DNA of 64,000 nucleotides, taken from the IMG/VR virus record IMGVR_UViG_3300005617_000005, positions 1 through 64,000 of that record; one strand, written 5' to 3'. The DNA comes from a virus. The notes under the pieces are model-generated. The model was not told the origin of the DNA. It saw nothing but the letters and a program-made list of their open reading frames with translations, and ran no database searches. Position 1 is the stretch's first letter; every line of letters begins with the position of its first letter. Position numbers and translations under genes: made by a program. Shown here in pieces: positions 48,606-58,485 of this stretch.

Positions 48606-49230
48606 TGGGACTCCTTGATCCGAAAGACATCATCGAGATGATCCCGGTGGCGATCGGCACGGCGCAAAAACTCGTCGGTTTGATCTCGCCCAAGGCGGCT
48701 TCGGCAGTCGGCTTCGGCGGCCAAGTCGCGCTCTACGTCATCGACGCGGAGCAGAAGGGCATGACGCCCGAGGCGATCGTCGCCGGCGTGGGCGAGTTGT
48801 ACGTCGGGCTCGTCGAGGATTTGAAGTACGGAGTCCCGTGAGCGAGAAGCGCCCGTGGTCGACGAAGAGTGCGGCGCATCGCTTCGGGTTCGTGGCGTGC
48901 CCGAACTGCAACCCGAAGGGCTTGCCGTCCGGCGAGATTTTCATCATGTGCGCGGTCTGCTGGGAGCCGGAAGAGAACACCCATCGACGCTTCATCCTGC
49001 GCGAGAAAGCCGAAGAGTGGGCGCGCGATCGCGGGCTTTCGGAGGACGACATCACGACGTCGCCCGAAGCGCGAAGCGCCATGTCGAATCCGCCGGCGCT
49101 TCCCGGCTCCGGCGATCGCATCCCCGACACGGAGCCAGCACCGTTCAAGCCGCCAATTCCGCGTGAGGACGACGAATACCACGAGCTCATCGACTCCGAT
49201 CCCGTCCCGAAGAAGTGGTAGTCTTCGGCC

Positions 49231-49818
49231 ATGGCCAAGTTCGACTCGAAGGACTTCTGGATCGCCGCCGGCGGTGCGCTGGCATTTCTACTTGGCTGGC
49301 GTCGCCTCTCCGGCGTGATCTGGGGCATCGGCGGCATCTACGAGTACAGCAAAGGCCACAAGGTCGCCGGCAGTCTCGGCATGGCGGGCGGTGCCTCCTT
49401 CGTGCTCTTCCCGGATTGGCCGGGATCGCTCGCGGACTTCGCGCGCGCGAAGTTGAGCAGTTCGGGCTCGAGCTCGTCGGCGCCCAAGCAATTGCCCGCG
49501 CCCCAAGAGCTTCAGATCCAACCGTTCCAGCGCACGAGCTACCCCACCCTCGATCGTGATCTCGACGGCGACTGGCGCATGCTCGACGTGCGCGACATCC
49601 GCGACAAGTCCGTCAAGGAACGCGCGAACGGTCTCAAGCCCGGCGACGTCGCGAGCCTGGTGCTCCAAAACAAGAACGGTCCATACATGGTCTTCAACGC
49701 GCGCGTGATCAGCGGCGGCAACGGCATCATGTACGCTGGACAGTGGGCCTCCGGACCGCCCAAGAGCGGACCGCAAATGGCAGAGTTCGGACCCGAGCAC
49801 ATCTTCACTATTCACTGA
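49231..49818 (+). CDS. Membrane protein
   Basis: Hydrophobic N-terminal helices; TAGTCT lies 6 nt upstream. Confidence 0.65.
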   Translation: MAKFDSKDFWIAAGGALAFLLGWRRLSGVIWGIGGIYEYSKGHKVAGSLGMAGGASFVLFPDWPGSLADFARAKLSSSGSSSSAPKQLPAPQELQIQPFQRTSYPTLDRDLDGDWRMLDVRDIRDKSVKERANGLKPGDVASLVLQNKNGPYMVFNARVISGGNGIMYAGQWASGPPKSGPQMAEFGPEHIFTIH

Positions 49819-50744
49819 TGCGATCCGCGCAGTCACCGCAAAAGAGCGTGTTGGCACCGAGAGTCATCGAGAACTTCGAGGACATCGAGACCGAGGCCGA
49901 TGCACTCGTGTGGCTGAATGACAACGAAGACATCGCGTACGGCGAAGCGGACGATCTCATCAAGTCGTTCCCGGAAATGTTTCGGCTCGTGCCGTACATG
50001 GTAGAAAACGAGTACGAAACGGATCTCGCGCTCACGTCGAATCGACGTAGCTGGATCCGCGAGTACGAAAAGACCAAGGGCGTCAACTGGTGGGAAGACG
50101 ACGACGGCCGCTTCTTCGTGCGCATTCTCGATGACGACGGCGCAACAACGTCCGAAGCCGACGACGCCGAGAAGCTCGATGACTACCCCCTTTTCGATGA
50201 GGAGGATCACTCCAATCTGGAGATGGAGACGCAGGCCGAGAATTGGAACGACTACGGACGACAAGAGCTACGCGACAAAATCGAAGAGGAAGCGAACGAA
50301 GTCGACGCCGAAGCGATCGAGCGGTTGATGCTCACCATCGACGACGAAACGCTCGACAAGTACGTCCACGCGATTTGGGAAGACAAGGGTCAATACCCCG
50401 AGCAAGAGCAGGGCGGCGGCACTATCTTCCCGAAGATCCTCGCGAACTGGGATGGCTCCGTCCTCGAGCTCGGCGATCTGTTCAGCCTTGCGGATCACGG
50501 CTACACCGTCGCGATACAACTGACGCCAGCCGCGTTCGACCGCAACGGCCGGCTCTTGTTGCGTCCGCAAGACGTTCCGCGCTCGATGCGCGCGCTCATC
50601 GACAATCCGAAGTCCACGCTGGAGATACCCTACGAGGGCGCGATCTGCGACTCGCCGTACTTCGCGTGCACGTGGACGGGCGGGAAGGAAGAACCGCAGC
50701 TAAAATTACCGGGCGTGGCCGAACGACGAAAGAGGCGGGCATGA
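49818..50744 (+). CDS. Highly acidic hypothetical protein
   Basis: D/E-rich throughout; basic tail AERRKRRA. Confidence 0.7.
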   Translation: MRSAQSPQKSVLAPRVIENFEDIETEADALVWLNDNEDIAYGEADDLIKSFPEMFRLVPYMVENEYETDLALTSNRRSWIREYEKTKGVNWWEDDDGRFFVRILDDDGATTSEADDAEKLDDYPLFDEEDHSNLEMETQAENWNDYGRQELRDKIEEEANEVDAEAIERLMLTIDDETLDKYVHAIWEDKGQYPEQEQGGGTIFPKILANWDGSVLELGDLFSLADHGYTVAIQLTPAAFDRNGRLLLRPQDVPRSMRALIDNPKSTLEIPYEGAICDSPYFACTWTGGKEEPQLKLPGVAERRKRRA

Positions 50745-51499
50745 TTCGCGGACCAGACGTTTCAGCGTACCAACCGAACGTTCTCTGGAAGAAAGTTCGC
50801 GACGCCGGCGCCGAGTTCTCGATCATCAAAGTCACCGACGGCAACAACTACACGAACCCGCTCGCGAAGGCGCAAGTGCTCGGCGCGTTCGCGGTCGGCT
50901 TGCTGGTGATGCTTTATCACTTCGCGCAGCCCAACGGAAAACCGGGCGACCTCGAATCGTGGAAAGCGGACGCGCGCGCGGAAGCGAAGCGGCTCGATGA
51001 TCTCGCCGACGAGTTCGAGGGCGCACTCGGTACATATCCTGTCGGTCATCCGCGTCAGGGCGAAGCGATCAAGCTCTTCTGCTTTCTCGACGTCGAGCGC
51101 AACACACCGCTCACTGCGGAAGAGAGACCGTACTGGCGAGCGTGGTGCAACGAGTTCCGCCGGTGGTGCCGCGAAGAGGGCAAGCGCGTGATCGGCTTCT
51201 ACAGCGGGAAGTTCTTCACGATGGATCTCGGCTTCGACTCGAGCTGGTCGCAGACGATTCTCTGGGTCGCGCAATACCCACGCCCGTACAGAGAGGACGC
51301 GAACTACGGCTACTGGCCAAAAACGATTGTGCCGTGGTGGCGCGGGGACATCTGGCAGGACGGTGGGGGCATGTCGAACGCCGCCGGCGGCAACGAATCG
51401 AAGTGGCCCGGCGTCGGCGACGGCAGCACGTTTTCCGACGTCAATGTGTTCGCCGGTTCACGCTCGGAGCTCGAAGAATTGCTTCAAGCCGCCGCGTGA
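50741..51499 (+). CDS. GH25 muramidase (endolysin)
   Basis: GPDVSAYQ, IIKVTDG, YHF, LDVE, LWVAQY, DVNVF. Confidence 0.88.
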   Translation: MIRGPDVSAYQPNVLWKKVRDAGAEFSIIKVTDGNNYTNPLAKAQVLGAFAVGLLVMLYHFAQPNGKPGDLESWKADARAEAKRLDDLADEFEGALGTYPVGHPRQGEAIKLFCFLDVERNTPLTAEERPYWRAWCNEFRRWCREEGKRVIGFYSGKFFTMDLGFDSSWSQTILWVAQYPRPYREDANYGYWPKTIVPWWRGDIWQDGGGMSNAAGGNESKWPGVGDGSTFSDVNVFAGSRSELEELLQAAA

Positions 51500-51998
51500 C
51501 GCTGGTATAGTTGGGCTGGTGCTCGACGACTGAGCCCGTGACCAAAAGGGGATGCAATGAACAAGGAACCGCTTGCGCGCGGCGTGGTGCACTGATGCCG
51601 CTCATCGAATCCGTTTTCACCACCGGACAAGACCCTGAGCAGCTTGTTGCGCGCGTACGTGTAGACCGCACTGAAGTCATCCGAAACGGTGACGTCTTTC
51701 CGCACTTCGCCGGCCACCAATACTACGCGCTCAGCACGATGCGACTGATCGACGGACCGGAGGGCGAGTGGCGCGGCTCTCCAACGGAGCACGAGCTCCC
51801 GTGGCCATCGGACACGAGGTTGGTCGAAGTCGTCGTGCGCCCCATCAACGGATCCGCACGAGTGTTCACCTCGCGTGCACCGGGACACGGAAAACGTGGG
51901 CCAAAGCCAAAATCCAACGGCGTGATCCCCCACGAGCCCTTTTCCAGCGACAAAGCAGCGGAGTAGCGACCTCGAGCGTGTTCGGCTAGTCTCGGCAC

Positions 51999-52526
51999 GT
52001 GGCCACCCCGCTCGCCTTCGCCGCGGCCGTTCTCGACCGGCTGGGGCTGTCCAGGACCGAAAACCGGCTCGTAGGGCTGGTTGCCTTCGTCGCCATCGAG
52101 GGCGGGCATTGGCACGACAGCGCGCGGTTCAACCCGCTCAACACCATGAAGAGCGCTCCGGGCGCGACCCAGGCGCCGGGGCTCCTCACGGGCATCAAGT
52201 CGTACCCGGATTGGCAGACGGGCATCAATGCGACCGCCGCAACGATCGTGCAAAGCAACATGCACTCGATCGCCCAAGCGTTGAAAGATGACGTCGACCC
52301 GCGATCGTTTCTCCGTGCCGTGACGCAGTCCGCGTGGTGTCCTGGGTGCGACTACACGCCGTTCGACCCGTACGCGCTCTACAAAGCGAAGGCGAACGAG
52401 AACGACTCCAGCGCTCTCGCGTACAGCGCGAGCGGCACGAACTGGAAAACCGTAGCGGTCGTCGGCGGCATCTTCGCCGGCGCCGGCGCGGCGGTGTGGT
52501 GGGTCAAGAAACGCTTTCTGAGGTGA
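51999..52526 (+). CDS. Lysozyme-like domain with C-terminal TM anchor (putative virion muralytic enzyme)
   Basis: AIEGG...FNPLNT...GIKSYPDWQTGINATAATI; TM followed by KKR. Confidence 0.6.
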   Translation: MATPLAFAAAVLDRLGLSRTENRLVGLVAFVAIEGGHWHDSARFNPLNTMKSAPGATQAPGLLTGIKSYPDWQTGINATAATIVQSNMHSIAQALKDDVDPRSFLRAVTQSAWCPGCDYTPFDPYALYKAKANENDSSALAYSASGTNWKTVAVVGGIFAGAGAAVWWVKKRFLR

Positions 52527-52936
52527 TGACAATGCAAGGTCTTCAAAAAACAGTTCACGCCGACACGGAGTTCTGGTCCCTGCCGCCGAACTACCCGAAC
52601 GCGATCATGGCCTACAAGCTCCCGGCGGGAGTGAAGATTCGGCCCGACGCCCAAGGCACCGAGCGTGACGGCTACGCGCACGTGTACGATCCGGCGAACA
52701 AAGAAGGTTGGATCGCGGTCGGCGACCTCACACCGTTCGAGGACTCTGTTCGTACGCCGATTCCGACGCCGGCGCCCGCGCCGAAGCCGTCGACGCCACC
52801 GCCCGCGTCCAACAGCTCGATGATCGGCTCCGGCATCGACTGGAAGACCGTCGGTTACGCCGCTGGTGCGGTGGGCGGTGCGTTGCTGCTCTTCGGCGGC
52901 GCCGCGTACTACCTCAAGAAGCGCCGCCGGCGCTGA
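52526..52936 (+). CDS. SH3-like domain, Pro linker, C-terminal TM with KKRRRR
   Basis: DGYAHVYDPANKEGWIAVGDL; its WKTV anchor is paralogous to that of the previous gene. Confidence 0.6.
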   Translation: MTMQGLQKTVHADTEFWSLPPNYPNAIMAYKLPAGVKIRPDAQGTERDGYAHVYDPANKEGWIAVGDLTPFEDSVRTPIPTPAPAPKPSTPPPASNSSMIGSGIDWKTVGYAAGAVGGALLLFGGAAYYLKKRRRR

Positions 52937-54392
52937 GCCTTCTTTTTTCGTCGACGCCGCGGCTTCAACGCGTACATCGCATTGAGCAACTCTTCGAGCA
53001 CGAGCGACGGGGGCATCCTCGCGGGAAACGGGTGGATGCGCTTGAAGTCCTTGTCGAACTGATCGCGCTCCTTTTTCGTGAGCTTTACTCGTCGGTTCAC
53101 GACGCTTCGCCGCGACGAATCAATGCCATGATTTGACTGTCGGGCCGTACCTTCGGTTTCATCCACTCGACGGTTTGCTGCCATGCGCTCGCGAGTGCGC
53201 TGTCAAAGTCGGCACCACCCGCTCTCACGATGACATCGAAGGTGACTTCCATGCGCGGACCAACACTTTTGTGCGCGCGGCGCAGCCACTTGTCCGTGAA
53301 TACTTCTCGGTGTGAAATCTCTTCGAGCACTACAACGTCGTAACCGATGATGGACGTACCGGCGCCACCAGGACGACGCCCGCTCGCGATGACGGAGTAG
53401 CGGTGCTTCTCGTCAGAAGCGTTGGTCCAAATCTCGACGAGCAATCCTACCGTTTTCATTCGTCCGTCCAGCGCTCGACCTCGCCGCTGGGCTTCGCGCA
53501 CTCGTGGTGCCCGTCGTGAAGCTTCCAGAGCGTACAGCGGACGTATTGCATGGGCTGAACCATAAGGGCCGGCATCATCTGCGCCACGCCCGCTCGATAG
53601 CGCGGCGTGTGACACGGCAAGCGAGCGAACGCATAGGCGACTTGCAAAATCGGACGTCCGAAGCGCTTCAGCACTCCGACGAAAATGCCGAGCAGCACGA
53701 ACATCAACACCCACTCGATCCAGCTCATGATTTCTTCTCGCCTTCCGTGATTGTCATGACAGCGCACTCGCGACACATCGGCCGCATCGTGAAGTCCGAG
53801 CCGCCGAAGAGACGCTTGCCGCATTTGCACAAGCCCCTCGGGGGTGCCTGCGGGTAGAGGCGCTTGCGTTTGCCGGCCTCATCGACGGTGATGCCTTCGC
53901 AAAGGTAGATCTGTTTGCACTCCTTGCACACGACGTCGCCGCGCCACTCGACCACACCGTGAACGCCGCACGTCACGGTGAGAACGACGTAGAGCCGACC
54001 ACCGCATCCGCCGTGCTCTCCGGGCGTCGTGAGCATCAGATCGTCGTCAGCGACCTCGATGTCTTCGTCGCACTTCTCGCAGCGGAGCGTCTTCATCGAT
54101 CCTTCGACACGGTGTACGTGCCGTCCACGAACCACTTCTCGATCTTGACGCCGTCCGTTGAAATCGTGATGACCAGCGCCATCAGATCGTCGGTGAGGGT
54201 CTCCGCGTTGCCCGTTTCGAGAAGGGCTTTGTCGCTCGCCGCTTTCGCGCGCGCAGCGTTCTCCGCGACGTCGTTCCACGAGTCGCCGCTCACATCGAGA
54301 TTGATCGCAAATCGTTTCACGAGACCTCCAAGAGCGGGGATGCGGGAAGCCAACCCGCTGCTCGCCTTCCACCCGGCGAGCCCGTGCACCCC

Positions 54393-54430
54393 GGCACGAG
54401 AGGGACTCGAACCCTCGGACGCCTCATGCC
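54393..54430 (-). ncRNA. tRNA-like top-half element (7-bp acceptor-like stem plus T-arm; no D or anticodon arm)
   Basis: Minus strand reads GGCATGA-GGCGTCC-GAGGG-TTCGAGT-CCCTC-TCGTGCC. Confidence 0.45.
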
Positions 54431-54593
54431 CGCCCCGTGAGCTTCGTGTAGTACCCGCCGAGTCGATCGAGCAACGCGACGTACCAGGGATAGCCGACGC
54501 GATCGAGCCGCGCGGCCCAGCGCAGGAAGATGTTCATGTTCGTCTCGTGCTGCTCGAGCGCGCGCATCGTGAAGATACGCTAGAGCATCCGGC

Positions 54594-54824
54594 TTACGCC
54601 GTCAACGACTTACGCTTGAGTAGAAACTCTGCCATCGAGATGACATTCGGGAACAACGGCTTCCGCAGCGGAGGAGCCCCGATGCCGGTCTTCGCGCGGT
54701 CCTTGTCGCTCATGTTCTTGTAGGCCCAGATGGCGACGCCACCGACGACGATCGCGCTCAACACGATCCAGTACGTCACGGCCGGGTCACTCGGGTTGTG
54801 CCTTCGCTTGCGCCGATGCCTCAT
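54594..54824 (-). CDS. Small membrane protein with RHRRKRRHNP leader
   Basis: Same leader/TM design as the 2-4.7 kb genes; TAGCCT lies 6 nt upstream. Confidence 0.75.
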   Translation of the reverse strand: MRHRRKRRHNPSDPAVTYWIVLSAIVVGGVAIWAYKNMSDKDRAKTGIGAPPLRKPLFPNVISMAEFLLKRKSLTA

Positions 54825-55249
54825 GAAGGGAGGCTAGCATGCTTCAGCCGCTCTTTGAGCGTGTCGATCGCTTGTTGCGTTTGCTTCGCGAGCGAATCGA
54901 GCTGAGGAGCGACGGGATCGGCTGGGCGCTCGCGGAGAAGCTCGTTCGCGGCTTCGTACAAACAACCCTTGGCGTCTTCGAGCTCGCGGATGGCCCACTC
55001 AATGGTTTGTTTTTTCATTGTTACCCCACTCGTGGAGTGCTTCACGAAGAACGTTGAGCTTGGCCGGCACACCGCTCACGTTGCCGACAAGCGACGAGCC
55101 CGTGTGGTTGATGAGCACGATCACGATATCGGAGTGGCCCGACGCGTGCGGATCGACGCTAGTACGAACGATTTCAGCAATTCGCTCGGCAGCGCTCTCG
55201 CGATTGGCTTGGCAGTCGCACCGCTCGGCGAGTGAGTGACTCTTCTTTT

Positions 55250-55513
55250 TCATCTGAACAACTTCCCCTGAAAATTGTGCGGTGGATGCTCGAATTCTTC
55301 TTCGTGTGTGACTGCTTCCGGGTTGTCGTACATGAACGCGGCAGCGCTGAGGACCTTCGCGGGCCCGAGTCCCGGATAGCGCTTGAAGAGCGTCTCGAAC
55401 GTCGTTCCGCGTCGATGCCACGTGTAGATCCGAAATACCGGCACCTTCGTGCCCTTCACGTACCAACGACCGTCGACGAACTCGACGTGCGGGTGCTCGA
55501 TGACGTTGCTCAC
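55250..55513 (-). CDS. DUF433-like protein
   Basis: GRWYVKGTKVPV...LFKRYPGL...VLSAAAF. Confidence 0.7.
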   Translation of the reverse strand: MSNVIEHPHVEFVDGRWYVKGTKVPVFRIYTWHRRGTTFETLFKRYPGLGPAKVLSAAAFMYDNPEAVTHEEEFEHPPHNFQGKLFR

Positions 55514-56465
55514 CGCATCCTCGCGCGTTGCAGCTTTCGCTTGAGCACCCGGACGCGCTCGTTCAAGCGCTCGTTCTCTTCCTTCAACCGAATCACTTCG
55601 TAGCCGGCGGCGGCGAAGCCGGCGGTGTTGATTCCTTGCACGACGCGCTCAATCGGCGCCGCCTTCCAGAACGAGACGACCTTTTCCTTCAGGCTGACCT
55701 CGGGCGCGTCGAGCAGCTTGTGCTGATGAATGAACAGGATCGCCTTGTGCGCGAACGAGCGCGCTTCCTCTTTCGTCACGCCGGGATCGACAGCTTGTGC
55801 GACAAGTTTGATTGCGGTCTCGCGAGGATCACTCATGTGCCACCGTAGAATTTGAGAAGACGGCCGCAGCGATGACACACGCTCCACGCCCGGATGGGCT
55901 CGTTGCGCGAGATCATGCCACGGAAAAACTGCCCGAAGTGGAGATAGCTCTTGTGGCCGATGAGGAAGCAAACGAAACGGCGAAGTCTCATTGGGCCATC
56001 ACCAATAGTTGGCGCTCGAGCTGATCGATCACGCCGTCACGAATGTCGAGACAGATCACGCACGCGCACGCCCCGAAGCAATGTGGGCACTTCACGGCTG
56101 GTCTCGCGGCGTGATTGCGCCGGATGTTCTTCAGATTCCGGATCCGTTGGATCGTTTCCATCAGAGTCATCGAAGCGTCTCCCAAAGTTTGCCCACTCGC
56201 GAAGTGACGTGCACCTCTTCGTGCTCGTCGAAGTCGACGAGAACCCCGAAAACGGGATCGAAGTGATTGTCGACGATCTCGCGCGCGGCGTCGATAACCG
56301 CCGGCCCTTTCGACATGAACTCGATGAACTCGTCGACGAGCGCGTTCGGCACGTAGAGACATTGCTGCGCGCCGGGATCATCTTCCGTATCGAAGATGAT
56401 GCGGACCTGCGTCCACGTGTGCGTGCGGCCCTTGCGCTCGCCGAGCTTCTCGATCGCCCTGAACT

Positions 56466-56642
56466 TCAAGGCTTCACCAGGTGCGGCGCGCCGTAACGAC
56501 GCACGATGTCGTGGTCGTGATCCAACTTCACCAACATGCGAATCGCGTTCGCCACGCTGAGGCCATGTTTCTCGGCAACGGCCTCGAAGCGCGCGAGTTC
56601 CTCCTCGTTGACGCGAATGTTGATCTGTTTCACTCGACTCAT
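56466..56642 (-). CDS. Ribbon-helix-helix regulator
   Basis: KQINIRVNEEELARFEAVAEKHGLSVANAIRML. Confidence 0.75.
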   Translation of the reverse strand: MSRVKQINIRVNEEELARFEAVAEKHGLSVANAIRMLVKLDHDHDIVRRYGAPHLVKP

Positions 56643-57901
56643 CTGTCTCTCACCGCGATGAGCTCGTCGTAGGTGACGGTGTCGATCACGCCCTCTTTCT
56701 CTAGCTCCGCGATGCGCTTCGCGCCCTTCACGGGCCCGTACTTTCGCGTGACGCTCGCCATCGAGAGGTTGCGGCGGGTCTTCGGGCGCAAAATGACCAA
56801 CTCGCCGTCCGGTCGCTGCGCCGGCCCATGCGCGCGCACCCACGGTCGGATGATGGTCTCCTTGTACTGTCTCGCCCACGCCTCGAATCGAACGAGGGTC
56901 TCGTGCGCCGCGCCGATGCGCTTGCCGGTCATCGCCGAGCCCTTCATGTCGAACTTCTCGATCGCCGATGTGTAGATTGGGCACACGGCGAACGCCGGAC
57001 ACGCGGCGCCGGCCTTGTAGCACCACGGACCCGGCCGAAGAGCACCCGTCCCGATGCCACGCCACGCGCGCCGGATGGCATTCGCGTGATCCGACAGCTC
57101 ACCGCGCTCGAACTCCTCGGTGTAGAGATGCGGCGCGCCCTCGCGCGGCGCGTGAAAGATGCCGCCGACGACACGCTTCGCACCCGTGCGCTTGGCGGCG
57201 ACCATCATGAGCGACCGAAGCTGCGCCGAGTGCTTCGGCAAGTCGCAGTTCTCACCAGTCTTGTTGTCGATCACGATGAGATCGGGCGCGTCCTTCTTCG
57301 TGTTGATGTCGTCGATCGCGATGTCCGACGTGCCGGGAAATTCGTCGGGGCTCTTCAGACCCTTGTAGACGTGGCGGTTCCCGTCGAGGAGCACCGGGCG
57401 TTTCGACGGCCTCGCCTTCTTGCTCGTGACGTTCCAGATGTACGACTGCTCAACGTGAAGCTTGCTGCGCTTCGTGAAGTCGACCTTCCACACGTTGTCG
57501 CCACGCAGCCACTCGCGAAGGTATTCATCCGCGAGCCGCGAGTGACGTTTCAGCTCCCTCGAGTCGAGCTGAAAATCCTTCGTGCTCCAATTCTTGGCGG
57601 TCCTTCGAGCCGAGAACGGACGACCCGCGAGTCGCGCCGCGATCAACTCGTGGAACGCCGAGCCGTACGCTGCGGGCTCCTCTTGCGTTTCGACCGGGAG
57701 ACGCCGGCGGGCCCACCACTGACAGTTCAAGACGAGCTCGCTCTTGCTCATCGACGGATCGACCTCGACGAGTTCGATCTCTCCCGGCTGCTCGTCGTCA
57801 CCCTTTGATACGGCTCGATACGTATCGAGTCGGGGCTTCTTTTTCTTCTCCTCTTTGACGAGCTTGCCTGTCGCCGGATCGCGCTTCCAAAGCGTGCTCA
57901 C
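56639..57901 (-). CDS. PD-(D/E)XK RecB/Cas4-like exonuclease
   Basis: AAYGSAFHE, FPGTSD, VIDNKTG, QL and a C-terminal Cys cluster. Confidence 0.8.
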   Translation of the reverse strand: MSTLWKRDPATGKLVKEEKKKKPRLDTYRAVSKGDDEQPGEIELVEVDPSMSKSELVLNCQWWARRRLPVETQEEPAAYGSAFHELIAARLAGRPFSARRTAKNWSTKDFQLDSRELKRHSRLADEYLREWLRGDNVWKVDFTKRSKLHVEQSYIWNVTSKKARPSKRPVLLDGNRHVYKGLKSPDEFPGTSDIAIDDINTKKDAPDLIVIDNKTGENCDLPKHSAQLRSLMMVAAKRTGAKRVVGGIFHAPREGAPHLYTEEFERGELSDHANAIRRAWRGIGTGALRPGPWCYKAGAACPAFAVCPIYTSAIEKFDMKGSAMTGKRIGAAHETLVRFEAWARQYKETIIRPWVRAHGPAQRPDGELVILRPKTRRNLSMASVTRKYGPVKGAKRIAELEKEGVIDTVTYDELIAVRDR

Positions 57902-58247
57902 AAGAAGTTCTCCCATCCGCATCCGGCGAGAGCGATCGTCAAGCGCTGCCCCTCCGCGTCCATGTGCTTGAACCTGTCGGTGTCGTGAGCGAGCTCCGCC
58001 TTCGCTTTCGCGATCGCGGTTCGGTTCGACGGATCATCGACCACGCCGGCGAGCACCGTCCGAAGCGTCAAGATGCGCTTCTCCTGGTTTGCGGCCCTTC
58101 CCCACGTCGTCGCGACGTAATCGACAGCACGATCTATCTCGTGGCCACGGCCATCGCCGAAGTCTTTTTCGAGAAGCTCGTCGACAGCTTTTCGCAATCG
58201 CAGAAGCGACTCTCGTTGTTCCTTGTCCATGTCATCCCCTACTTTCG

Positions 58248-58430
58248 TCACGTCTTGTCGTGCATTCGCCCACACTCTTTGCAGATCTTGCGGTCGAGAA
58301 CTTCGCGCGCTTCCTTGACTGCGGCCTCCTCGACGAACGCAGAGAACGTCACGTCCTTCTTGTTCGCCGCAGTCGTCACGATGCGCGCGCTCTCTTTCGA
58401 GAATTTGATCGAGTGCGATCGTTTCGGCAT
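58248..58430 (-). CDS. Ribbon-helix-helix-like regulator with C-terminal CxxC
   Basis: HSIKFSKESARIVTTAANKKDVTFSAFVEEAA. Confidence 0.6.
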   Translation of the reverse strand: MPKRSHSIKFSKESARIVTTAANKKDVTFSAFVEEAAVKEAREVLDRKICKECGRMHDKT

Positions 58431-58443
58431 TGACGTACCGACC

Positions 58444-58473
58444 ACAGTAATGACAGGGTAATGCCTTCGTCAA
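58444..58473 (-). promoter_or_regulatory. Leftward promoter TTGACG-N18-TACTGT
   Basis: Lies in the divergent gap between the RHH gene and the D5 gene. Confidence 0.5.
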
Positions 58474-58485
58474 CTGAAAACGGGG

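Larger units (their letters stand above)
52909..56469 (-). other. Leftward operon of small hypothetical genes
   Basis: Coupled ORFs, e.g. 53097-53459, 53456-53728, 53725-54096, 54093-54389, 55510-55836, 56167-56469. Confidence 0.65.

Noticed and set aside
54393-54470. Full tRNA gene
   Set aside because: A T-arm is present but no D or anticodon arm can be built; kept only as a tRNA-like fragment.
56639-57901. CRISPR-associated Cas4 / CRISPR locus
   Set aside because: No repeat-spacer array or other cas genes seen; this is a common phage recombination nuclease.
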